Positions 45,280-53,703 of a stretch of 64,000 bases of DNA are shown piece by piece. The translations under genes and the position numbers were made by a program. Below the pieces are notes generated by a model that worked only from the letters and a program-made list of their open reading frames with translations, was not told the DNA's origin and made no database searches. Numbering within the stretch: the first letter of the stretch is position 1; each line of letters opens with the position of its first letter. The stretch lies in NCBI GenBank assembly GCA_964440235.1, contig CAYTQI010000003.1:1599-65598 (forward strand). The letters run 5' to 3'. Source of the DNA: an uncultured Planctomycetia bacterium. Its GTDB lineage: Bacteria > Omnitrophota > Gorgyraeia > JABMRN01 > RBG-13-46-9.

Positions 45280-47427
45280 TTATTTTTCCTTTAATCCCAT
45301 CAAAACCGCTATCTCCTCATACACCTCTTCGGGTTTAATTGCCTTCATACAACTGTTGCGCTTGGCGCAACGGCTGTGATAGCACGGGCCGCACTTGAAT
45401 TTTTTTCTTAAAACTACGTGTTTTTTTTCGAACGGCGGCAGGTGCCTTTTCGGGTCGGTCGGCCCGAAAAGCGCGACAAAAGGAGTACCGACGCCCGCGG
45501 CCACGTGCAGCGGAGCGCTATCAACACACAGGACAAGATCGCACCTTTTTACCAGGGCCGCAAAATAAAGTATGTTCGTCCTGCCAATGGCGTCTATAGG
45601 TTTACACCTGGCGCGTGCCAAAAATTTATTCGCGAGAGGGCGTTCTTTTTCGAGGCCTGTCAGCAGGACTCGAATACCGAAGTTCAATGCGAGTTTGTTG
45701 CAAACCTCGGCAAAATATTCCGCCGGCCACAGTTTTGTATTCCAGCCGGCGCTCGCGCCGAGGCTAATGGCTATAATTTTTTGCCCGTCTTTCACCCAAT
45801 GGGACTTCAGGAAATTATCCGCCCATTCCTGATCTTCTTTTGAAAGGCAAATTTCCGGGCGCTTATCCATTCTGTATATACCCAGAAGATTCAGCACCTT
45901 TAGCTGGTGTTCCACCGGGTCAACGGGAAAACCTGAATCCCTGATTTTCCTGTTTAACAAAAAACTCATTTTCCCGTTGTCGTAACCGTACCTCTTCGGC
46001 ACGCACGCCATAAACGCGAGCATGTGGCTTTTTTTGTTGTTCTGAAAATCGATTGATATGTCAAAATTTTCGGCGTGAAGTTTTTTCAGGACACGCAGGA
46101 AACCCGCCGGGGAAGCGTCCCTGCCCTTGAAATCGCATATGATTATGTCGTCTATAAAATTGAGATTCGCGAGAACCCCCCTGTTTTCCACGCCAAGCAG
46201 AACTTTTATCTTCGCTTTCGGAAACTTCTTTCTTATGGCTCGAAGCGACGGAACAGCCAGGATAACGTCCCCCAGCGCCCCTATCTTTATGACAAGTATA
46301 TTCATACTCGAGGACGCTTCTTCATAAAGATCCAGTGTAGATTCCATTATGCTTTTTGTGCCGTATTCCTGTTTTAAAAGTTTTTCTGATTCGTTTTTGA
46401 TGTCGCTTTTTAAATTTTCATTTCTGTACAAACCGATTATCGCTTTCGCCGCCTCGCCCGGTTCTTCGCCTGAAATCAGGAAAGCTTTCTTGTTATCCCG
46501 CGCGTAATCTTTTATCCATTCAGCGCGCGTCGTAAACACCGGCACCCCTCCGGCCCAGGCACGCAAAAAAAGTTTCGGGGATGTGTACGCATCCGCGTTA
46601 AAATGCATGAACAAATCCAGGCCGGATATGGATTCCGATACTTTCTCGCCGGGCAAAAGAGTGACAACGCCTTCGAGCGAATACCGCCTTACGAGAAGCC
46701 TGAATTTTTCCAATTCCCTTTTTTGGCTTGTCAGCGCGCTATTAATCAAAAAAACCCTCATATTATATATTGTCCTGGAAATAATCGAAATTGTTTTTAC
46801 AAAATTTTCCGCCGCTTCCTGCGATGTAAGCGGCAAATTCACCCCAATATCAAAATACTTACCTCGTTCCACTGCGTCAGTGGAAAGAGGGGTACTCTTT
46901 CCACTGACGCAGTGGAACGAGGGGTTTTTCATGGAATTGAACTCCTGCGTGCCGGCAAACGGTGGTATAACGCGTATTTTGCCTCTGTGAATAAGGCCTT
47001 TTTCCATAAAGTACCTGGCAAAGCTTTCACAAGAACAGATTACGCGTTTTGCCCAAAATTGAGCCCTTGATCCCAACCCCCTTCCGCAAAAACCGTATAC
47101 CGTAGAAACAAATGTGCGTTCGGTAATGCGGCTTGCAAAAAATGATATGAGAGCCGAAGCGGGGCATCTCGCGTGTACAATGCGTATATCTTCTTTTCGA
47201 ATAATTTGTGACAGCTTAAAAATTGCCGCAGGAATCAGGAAAATATTCGCCGGAACCCCGAGAGCGTAATGACGCGCCCCGACTTCATCGATTTTTTTCA
47301 CGAGTTCACTTTTTGGGGAAGCCACGACAATCTTATGCCCGTTGAGAGCGAGAAAACGCGTGGAAACAATGACGTCGTCGGCGGCATCGCTCGAATCTAA
47401 CTTCGATATTACCTGTAGTATATTCAT
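45280..47427 (-). CDS. two-domain protein: N-terminal GT4-like glycosyltransferase fused to a C-terminal GT9 heptosyltransferase-like domain
   Basis: 715 aa continuous ORF. aa 1-370 are GT-B/GT4-like; aa 375-715 are GT9 (GALGDVILAVPS, SLGASAGWNTKLW, VDSAPLHVAAG). It contains a 61-bp perfect palindrome inserted in-frame (encoding SFHCVSGKSTPLSTDAVERG). Confidence 0.7.
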   Translation of the reverse strand: MNILQVISKLDSSDAADDVIVSTRFLALNGHKIVVASPKSELVKKIDEVGARHYALGVPANIFLIPAAIFKLSQIIRKEDIRIVHARCPASALISFFASRITERTFVSTVYGFCGRGLGSRAQFWAKRVICSCESFARYFMEKGLIHRGKIRVIPPFAGTQEFNSMKNPSFHCVSGKSTPLSTDAVERGKYFDIGVNLPLTSQEAAENFVKTISIISRTIYNMRVFLINSALTSQKRELEKFRLLVRRYSLEGVVTLLPGEKVSESISGLDLFMHFNADAYTSPKLFLRAWAGGVPVFTTRAEWIKDYARDNKKAFLISGEEPGEAAKAIIGLYRNENLKSDIKNESEKLLKQEYGTKSIMESTLDLYEEASSSMNILVIKIGALGDVILAVPSLRAIRKKFPKAKIKVLLGVENRGVLANLNFIDDIIICDFKGRDASPAGFLRVLKKLHAENFDISIDFQNNKKSHMLAFMACVPKRYGYDNGKMSFLLNRKIRDSGFPVDPVEHQLKVLNLLGIYRMDKRPEICLSKEDQEWADNFLKSHWVKDGQKIIAISLGASAGWNTKLWPAEYFAEVCNKLALNFGIRVLLTGLEKERPLANKFLARARCKPIDAIGRTNILYFAALVKRCDLVLCVDSAPLHVAAGVGTPFVALFGPTDPKRHLPPFEKKHVVLRKKFKCGPCYHSRCAKRNSCMKAIKPEEVYEEIAVLMGLKEK
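46862..46922. repeat. 61-bp perfect palindromic element, copy 1: 28-nt arms CCTCGTTCCACTGCGTCAGTGGAAAGAG around a 5-nt centre, inside the GT4-GT9 fusion gene
   Basis: Seen directly: cctcgttccactgcgtcagtggaaagag-gggta-ctctttccactgacgcagtggaacgagg. Shares the 19-nt core TTCCACTGCGTCAGTGGAA and its reverse complement with copy 2. The host ORF reads through it in-frame. Confidence 0.85.
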
Positions 47428-47492
47428 TATGCCTCTGCGGGCTTACATCTGTAGTTTTCTTCGCGCATTCTTCATGCTCAAGCGCTGGCTAA

Positions 47493-49493
47493 TTAAACGC
47501 CCAGCCGCCACATGTGCATGTATACATCGTGCATGTGTCTTTGTGGCGGGCGTTTCCCGAGTTTTTCTAAATTTTCGCATATCGCTTTCGAAATTTCATC
47601 GGGTTCGACAATCGTTATGTATCCTTTTTTTTCTAAACCATTCAGCATTCTTTCAAATTTTCCAGCCTTTGCCGGGATTTTGAAAAATTTCTTTTTGAAA
47701 TTCTGTATTCGGGACGGATTTTTTTTTCTGGAATTCAAACGAAAAACAATAACTGATTTTCCGCTCTGTACGGCTTCGGAAACCATGGAAGCGCTCTCGC
47801 CGGAAACAACCACCGCGTCACAGAGGCCTAAAATTCCGTCCACCGCGCGAGGAATGTTTTTTTCATTCGCTATAACTAAAAACCCGCAACGCTTTTCCGA
47901 TAATAACCGCTCCTTTACCGCTTTTTCCGCTTGAGCCGGAGTTCTCCGCGAAGTTGTAAATAAAATATCCGCGTCCGCTATTTCGGAAGCATTGATAACA
48001 CCGTTCAGAACTTTTTCCGTTATTTCCGGTGTTAAAGTAAAATCTGAATTATCTCCACCTAAGAGAACTCCGATTCTTTGCGGGTTTTTTAGACGCGCTA
48101 AATCGGAAATTTTCCCCGCGGCTGAATTCATTCGCTCCTCGTCTATCAGGTTTGGCACGATTTCCGTTCTTATCACATGGTCCCGGGCTCGCCCGATTAT
48201 TCGGTCGTGGCGCGGCAGGACAACCATGTCAAACTTGTCGAATCCCGGTATTGAGGGATTCATTATCGCGGCGCTTTTGGCATTATTTTCCACGGAAAAA
48301 AATCTGTTAACAGCCGCCGTGCCCGAACCGCAACTGATTACTATATCAGCGTATTTTCCCATCAATTCATTGTAACAACTTTCCGTAAGGCAGAACTTGA
48401 GGCAACGCATGCAACCCTGGCAGCGTTTTCCGGAAAAAATAGAACAAAATTTAAGCAACGCTTTGGTTGTTTCATTTTTGAACCTGATATCCACCACTTC
48501 CACCCGCGTGTCTTCTTCCCTGTAATCATCTTTTTTCCTGTACCGCTTCAGCTCCCGGCAAACAGCCAGGGACTGGTTAAGATGGCCGGCTTTCCCGTCA
48601 TTCAATACTACAACCTTTTTAAGCGACGACGCTTTCCATCTCTTGTGGAGCCATAACCACTGATCGGGATACATTGTAACGTATTTTTCCAGGAGTTTAT
48701 TGTATTTTTCCAGATACGGCTTTATGTCCTCGCCCTTTTTAATTCTGATAGGTTCGCCTACCATTAACCTGTGATAAGGCCCTTTTACGCGCGCCATAAA
48801 AGCAGGCAATATAAGGGCGCCTGTTTTTGCGGCTATTCTCACTGTCCCGGGCGCCGTGGCGGCCGGCCTTCCGAAAAACTCAATTTGCTCGCCCGTTTTA
48901 CCGGCGTTTTGATCGCCCAGCATTCCTATTATTTTGCCCTCATGCAACGCCTTCACGATATACTTTATCGTGATCCCTTTTGTAACAACGGTAAGGCCCT
49001 TTGACCGGCGAAGCCTGTTCAAAAGATTATCCAGCCTTTTCATGTTTTGTTCCCGTGCCAGGACAATCAGCGGCAAGCCTATCAGGGCGCTTACCACGCC
49101 GGAAAGTTCCCAGTTTCCAAAATGCGCCGTCAAAAATATCACTCCATCTGGATGTCCCTCGATTTTATAGAAATTTTCGCCGCCCACTATTTCAACATGC
49201 TTATCTATATACTTTTTGTCTACTTTTGTGAGCGAAATAATTTCAAAAAAAACCTGGGTGAGCCCCTGGTATACTTTCCTGGTAAGTTTTTTAAGCTCAG
49301 CCGGGGATTTATTGCCGGAAAAAGCGGCTCTCAGGTTCGCATAGGCAATAATTCTTCTCGGCCTGTTCAAAAAATACACGATTATCGAACAACGCCTCGC
49401 CAGCCATAACGTAAATTTCATGGGCAGCAGATAAAAAATCAGGCCAAGCGCCGTAACCAGGCACGCGCATATGTAATCAAGCAAGGATCGCAT
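47493..49493 (-). CDS. lpxL: lipid A biosynthesis lauroyl/myristoyl acyltransferase (LpxL/HtrB family) fused to an ELM1/DUF1022 domain
   Basis: N-terminal TM plus LPLAT HFGNWE motif; the C-terminal roughly 370 aa match the mitochondrial-fission ELM1-like family (VVVLNDGKAGHLNQSLAV...). Confidence 0.7.
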   Translation of the reverse strand: MRSLLDYICACLVTALGLIFYLLPMKFTLWLARRCSIIVYFLNRPRRIIAYANLRAAFSGNKSPAELKKLTRKVYQGLTQVFFEIISLTKVDKKYIDKHVEIVGGENFYKIEGHPDGVIFLTAHFGNWELSGVVSALIGLPLIVLAREQNMKRLDNLLNRLRRSKGLTVVTKGITIKYIVKALHEGKIIGMLGDQNAGKTGEQIEFFGRPAATAPGTVRIAAKTGALILPAFMARVKGPYHRLMVGEPIRIKKGEDIKPYLEKYNKLLEKYVTMYPDQWLWLHKRWKASSLKKVVVLNDGKAGHLNQSLAVCRELKRYRKKDDYREEDTRVEVVDIRFKNETTKALLKFCSIFSGKRCQGCMRCLKFCLTESCYNELMGKYADIVISCGSGTAAVNRFFSVENNAKSAAIMNPSIPGFDKFDMVVLPRHDRIIGRARDHVIRTEIVPNLIDEERMNSAAGKISDLARLKNPQRIGVLLGGDNSDFTLTPEITEKVLNGVINASEIADADILFTTSRRTPAQAEKAVKERLLSEKRCGFLVIANEKNIPRAVDGILGLCDAVVVSGESASMVSEAVQSGKSVIVFRLNSRKKNPSRIQNFKKKFFKIPAKAGKFERMLNGLEKKGYITIVEPDEISKAICENLEKLGKRPPQRHMHDVYMHMWRLGV

Positions 49494-50508
49494 CTATTTC
49501 TTCTTTTCCCCGGATTAATTCAAGTTTTACTGAAAGCGCGAATATTTGCGGCGTAGATTTTTCCGGCTTCAGTTTTTTAAGTTTCACGGCATCCTTTTCC
49601 GTGGTGATAATAGTATCTATGTTTTTCTTTTTACATTCCCTGAAAATGCGGGCAAGTTCCGAAGCCCTGTATAAATGATGGTCCGGAAAAACAAATTCAA
49701 GCGCGACCTGCGCGCCGATTTTTTCTAATGTGTATTTGAAATATGCTCCGTCGCAAATACCGGAAAGCGCAGAAACTATTTTACCTTTTATAAACGTCAT
49801 CTCAAAAGTATTTTCTTTATATATTTCGAAAAGTTGTACGGGCCTGTGTTCGGCTTCCAGTATAGGTTTCCCCGGAATAATGTTTTTTAAGTTCCTCTTT
49901 ATGGCCTCGATGCTTTCTTTCCCCTTATCGGCCTTGGTAAGAACGATAACATCCGTTCTATTGAGATTTTTTATTGGTTCCCGTAAAATTCCGCGCGGAA
50001 AAAGATGCCTGTTGCCGAAAGGATTCGTTGAATCGAGAAGCGCTATGTCAACATCCCTCTTCAGGCGGCGATGCTGAAAGCCATCGTCAAGAATCAAGAC
50101 GTCCATACCTGATTTTTCGGCCGCTCCGGCGGACTTTATCCTGTCTTTTCCGACAAAAACCCTTACACCGCGCTTTCCAAGCTTTTCTTCCAGCATACCC
50201 CATTCGTCTTCGCCGTAACCGCGAATAAGAATGGCTGTTTTTTTGCCTTTTACAATTAACTTTTCGGCGAGCATCATCACGAACGGCGTCTTTCCCGTAC
50301 CACCGAGAGTTATATTGCCAACGCTTATGGTGGTAATGCCGGACTTATAGCTTTTTAGTAGATTAACTTTATAAAAAAAATTATGGGCAGCGGCAAAAAA
50401 ACCGTACACATAGGACGCTATCAACAAAAAAGGTTTGACGGCCCGTGATAGAAAAACATTTCGTTTGCCGTACATTATGTCCCGTATATAAGATTTCAAA
50501 ATTTCCAT
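49477..50508 (-). CDS. lpxK: tetraacyldisaccharide 4'-kinase
   Basis: P-loop GNITLGGTGKTP and LpxK central region ILIRGYG...LDDGFQH. Confidence 0.85.
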   Translation of the reverse strand: MEILKSYIRDIMYGKRNVFLSRAVKPFLLIASYVYGFFAAAHNFFYKVNLLKSYKSGITTISVGNITLGGTGKTPFVMMLAEKLIVKGKKTAILIRGYGEDEWGMLEEKLGKRGVRVFVGKDRIKSAGAAEKSGMDVLILDDGFQHRRLKRDVDIALLDSTNPFGNRHLFPRGILREPIKNLNRTDVIVLTKADKGKESIEAIKRNLKNIIPGKPILEAEHRPVQLFEIYKENTFEMTFIKGKIVSALSGICDGAYFKYTLEKIGAQVALEFVFPDHHLYRASELARIFRECKKKNIDTIITTEKDAVKLKKLKPEKSTPQIFALSVKLELIRGKEEIDAILA

Positions 50509-50528
50509 CCGCCCATAATAAATTTGTA

Positions 50529-51800
50529 CTATATCATCCCTATAAGCAACGTGACAAATAGTATCGTAATCAGCATAACAACTGTAGCGGTTTTAAGCCA
50601 TATTTTTATATCGATCGGCGCGTGGGTTTTTTCGCTCATGGAAAGCCCCACCACTCCGACAATAGAACCGATAGGCGTCCCGTTTCCGCCAAATCCTACG
50701 CCAAGGGCAAGAATCCACCATAGCGAATCAATGTTTAACCCCATCTCGCCAACGCGTTTTATTATAGGTATCATGGCGGTCGTAAAGGGAATGCGGTCCA
50801 CAAGGGAAGCGAACCCCGCCGACACCCAGAGAATAGAAACTTTCGCAAGATTATAATTGACCGACGCGAGCGCGACTACCCTTTCGGCGATTATGTTTAA
50901 AATTCCTGTTTTCTCGAGGCCGCCTATCAGTATAAAGAGCGACCCGAAAAAAACAAGTATGGGCCATTCTATGTCTTTTAACACTTCCTCTATGTTCGGC
51001 CTTACCAGTGTAAGTACTATTCCCGCGCCGAGCAACGCTATAAAAGCGTGGTGGAAATTGTGACTTTTCTGGAAAAAGAAAAGCAGGAGAACGATCCCCA
51101 GTGCCATGGCCACGTTGCGCAAAGCTTTTTCATCTTTTATGGCAGCTTTTTCGTTTATTGCCAATATGGGGCTAAAATCCCGGGGCTTCTTTTTCAGGTC
51201 CCCCCTGAAAACTATCGATAGCGTGACAATGGTGATCACGATGCCGCCGAGCGTAACCGGCAAAAGATGTATTATAAAATCATCAAAGGAAAATCCGCTC
51301 GCCGAGGCGATCATCATGTTGGGCGGATCGCCGATCATTGTCCCGACACCGCCTATATTGGAAAGCACTATTTCCGCCATTATAATCGGCAATGGGCTTA
51401 TATCAAGAATATCGCATATGAGTATCGTTATGGGAATGGTAAGAATTATTGTCGTGACATTATCCAATAGCATCGAAAGAAGCGCCGAAATACAACCCAT
51501 CATAATCATGAGGCGAAGCGGCGAACCGCGAGAGGCCTTTGCCGCCTTCACCGCCATATATGAAAAAAAACCTGTTTTTTTACACACGCTTACAATGACC
51601 ATCATTCCGACAAGGAGCCCTATCATGTTAAAGTCTATCGCGCGAAACGCTTCTTCCTGAGAGTAAAAACCCAGTATAACACCCGACGTAACCATCACAA
51701 TCGCGCCAACGAAACTCGCTATGGCCCTATTAAGTTTTCCGGAAAAAATGAAATAAAACGTCGCGATAAATATGGATACGGCAATAATGCAATTTATCAT
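50529..51800 (-). CDS. ArsB/NhaD superfamily ion permease
   Basis: 423 aa, about 12 TM helices, LLDNVTT signature of the ArsB/NhaD/CitMHS-like transporters. Confidence 0.7.
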   Translation of the reverse strand: MINCIIAVSIFIATFYFIFSGKLNRAIASFVGAIVMVTSGVILGFYSQEEAFRAIDFNMIGLLVGMMVIVSVCKKTGFFSYMAVKAAKASRGSPLRLMIMMGCISALLSMLLDNVTTIILTIPITILICDILDISPLPIIMAEIVLSNIGGVGTMIGDPPNMMIASASGFSFDDFIIHLLPVTLGGIVITIVTLSIVFRGDLKKKPRDFSPILAINEKAAIKDEKALRNVAMALGIVLLLFFFQKSHNFHHAFIALLGAGIVLTLVRPNIEEVLKDIEWPILVFFGSLFILIGGLEKTGILNIIAERVVALASVNYNLAKVSILWVSAGFASLVDRIPFTTAMIPIIKRVGEMGLNIDSLWWILALGVGFGGNGTPIGSIVGVVGLSMSEKTHAPIDIKIWLKTATVVMLITILFVTLLIGMI

Positions 51801-52264
51801 TTCTGTTTTGTTTCTCCGTTAAAAAGCGCCTTGCATATATCCATTCGCGTAATAATTCCCGCCAATTTATTATCATCGCCGGTCACGACAGGTAGCCTTC
51901 GTATATTATACTTATTCATTAAAACGGGGGCTTTCATTAAAGACGCGTTTTCCTTTATACTGATAACATTCGCGACCATGAGGTCTTCGGCAATAAAAAG
52001 CTCGAGTGACGGCATGAATTCAAGTTTTTCCTCAAGGGCGCCAAGGTCATCAATGAATAAAAAATCGCCTATCATTTCAAAATAATCGGGAATCAGAACA
52101 TCTATGAGTTCTGTTTTTGTAACCATTCCAAGGAGCCTGCCTTCGCCATCGGTAACGGGTACGCCGCCTATGTTTTTTTCGCAAAAAATTCTATATATCT
52201 GCCGAAGTCCTGTCGAAAGTCCGACTGTAGCAACATTTCTTGTCATTACATCTTTAACTTTCAT
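51797..52264 (-). CDS. CBS-pair domain protein
   Basis: Two CBS motifs (VKDVMTRNVATV...; EDLMVANVISIKENAS...RRLPVV). Confidence 0.7.
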   Translation of the reverse strand: MKVKDVMTRNVATVGLSTGLRQIYRIFCEKNIGGVPVTDGEGRLLGMVTKTELIDVLIPDYFEMIGDFLFIDDLGALEEKLEFMPSLELFIAEDLMVANVISIKENASLMKAPVLMNKYNIRRLPVVTGDDNKLAGIITRMDICKALFNGETKQK

Positions 52265-53549
52265 GCCGCCGGTGGCCTCCTATAAAATGCGTTATTTCCT
52301 CAACATTTTTAATCGTAGCCCCTTTTTGCCTGTCCAGCAATTTTTTCGCATTCTGCCCCAACACCTCGGCTGTACTTTTATCCAGGAGCAATCTTCGAAG
52401 CGCCCCGGTTAACCCATCTTTGTCCGCAACCTCAAGGGCGGCTTTTTTTTCCAGAAAAATTCTCGCCATGTCCCTAAAATTAAACATATAAGGCCCGAAA
52501 ATAATGGGTTTCCCGAACATTGCCGGCTCCACCATGTTATGCCCGCCCCTTTTGACAAGGCTTCCGCCCATAAAAACAATTTCCGCAAGACCAAAAATCC
52601 ATTTAAGATCCCCTAAAGTATCAAGTATAAGAATTGTTTTTTCGGAAATATTTTTTTTTGCCGTTTTTTTGAAATATGATACAAATTCCCCTTTAAAACC
52701 CATTTTGTCGGTCATTTTTTTTATCGCGGCCGAACGCCCTATGTGACGGGGTGCTATGAGAAGACGCAAATTCCGGAATTCACTTGTTAGCTCAGCATAA
52801 ACCTGGAGGATTATTTCTTCCTCACCGCCGTGTGTGGATCCGGCCACGAACAACCGCCCGCCCGCCAATTCCACTGCGTCAGTGGAACCGGTATCCCACT
52901 GACGCAGTGGAATTGGTTGTTCGGCATCGAATTTCATGTTTCCCGTTACTTTAACGCATCTTGCCGGAGCGCCGAGGGATTTTATGTTGTATGCGTCCGT
53001 TTCCGTCTGCATGCAAAAAAGGCTGATTTTTTTCAATATACCTTCAAAAAAAATCTTTATTTTCCGGTATCCCCGTAAAGACCTATTTGAAATACGTCCG
53101 TTTATAAGTATCACCGGTATCTTTTTTTTCGACAGTTCCAAAATAAAATTCGGCCAGATTTCCGTTTCCATGATAAACACAGCCGAAGGATTAATAATGT
53201 TTATCACATGCCTCACCACAAAACTAAAATCTACCGGAAAATAAAATTTCCTGATTTCATTTCCGAATAACTTTTCGGCAACGGTATTACCGGTACGCGT
53301 CGTCGTTGAAAGAACGATTTTTTTATCCGGAAATTTGTTGGATAATTTTTTTACGAAATTTTTTACGGCCAGGACTTCGCCCACGCTTACAGCGTGTATC
53401 CATACCGGGCGCAGGGCACCTATTTCTCTGAATGCTGCCGGCAGGCGCCCGAAACGCTGCGTAAAATCACGGTGCGCCTTTCCCTTTATGACAAGATAGG
53501 GAAGATATGCAAGCGCGAATACGAAAAAGAATACATCGTAGATTGTCAT
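52254..53549 (-). CDS. waaA: 3-deoxy-D-manno-octulosonic acid (Kdo) transferase
   Basis: KdtA signature PVWIHAVSVGEVLA and the C-terminal GT-B domain. It contains the second copy of the palindromic element in-frame (encoding IPLRQWDTGSTDAVELAG). Confidence 0.85.
   Translation of the reverse strand: MTIYDVFFFVFALAYLPYLVIKGKAHRDFTQRFGRLPAAFREIGALRPVWIHAVSVGEVLAVKNFVKKLSNKFPDKKIVLSTTTRTGNTVAEKLFGNEIRKFYFPVDFSFVVRHVINIINPSAVFIMETEIWPNFILELSKKKIPVILINGRISNRSLRGYRKIKIFFEGILKKISLFCMQTETDAYNIKSLGAPARCVKVTGNMKFDAEQPIPLRQWDTGSTDAVELAGGRLFVAGSTHGGEEEIILQVYAELTSEFRNLRLLIAPRHIGRSAAIKKMTDKMGFKGEFVSYFKKTAKKNISEKTILILDTLGDLKWIFGLAEIVFMGGSLVKRGGHNMVEPAMFGKPIIFGPYMFNFRDMARIFLEKKAALEVADKDGLTGALRRLLLDKSTAEVLGQNAKKLLDRQKGATIKNVEEITHFIGGHRRHES
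52865..52916. repeat. 52-bp palindromic element, copy 2: arms CCAATTCCACTGCGTCAGTGG / CCACTGACGCAGTGGAATTGG around a 10-nt spacer containing ACCGGT, inside waaA
   Basis: Seen directly: ccaattccactgcgtcagtgg-aaccggtatc-ccactgacgcagtggaattgg. Same core as copy 1 with different flanks and spacer; in-frame in the host gene. Confidence 0.85.
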
Positions 53550-53702
53550 GGGGACGTTTCGCTCTGTCTTAACCCTTTACGCAGCAATAAGATACATTCG
53601 GTCATGGTACACTTTTATGCCTTTACGTGTTCTGCTAATATGCACAAGTACGTGTTGTAACTTCTTTATTGGCGGCTAGTTAGGGAAAAGTGAAACGTCC
53701 CC
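53550..53702. repeat. inverted repeat pair (GGGGACGTTTC and GAAACGTCCCC, 11 bp perfect, 14 of 15 extended) bracketing the whole xerC-waaA intergenic region
   Basis: Left arm 53550-53560 abuts the waaA start codon; right arm 53692-53702 abuts the xerC stop; about 130 bp lie in between. Confidence 0.6.
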
Positions 53703-53703
53703 T

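Noticed and set aside
53550-53703. tRNA or a dif-like Xer site in the xerC-waaA spacer
   Set aside because: No tRNA-like T-arm, anticodon or cloverleaf, and no 28-bp dif-like palindrome with a central 6-8 bp spacer, could be recognised. Only the terminal inverted repeats are present.
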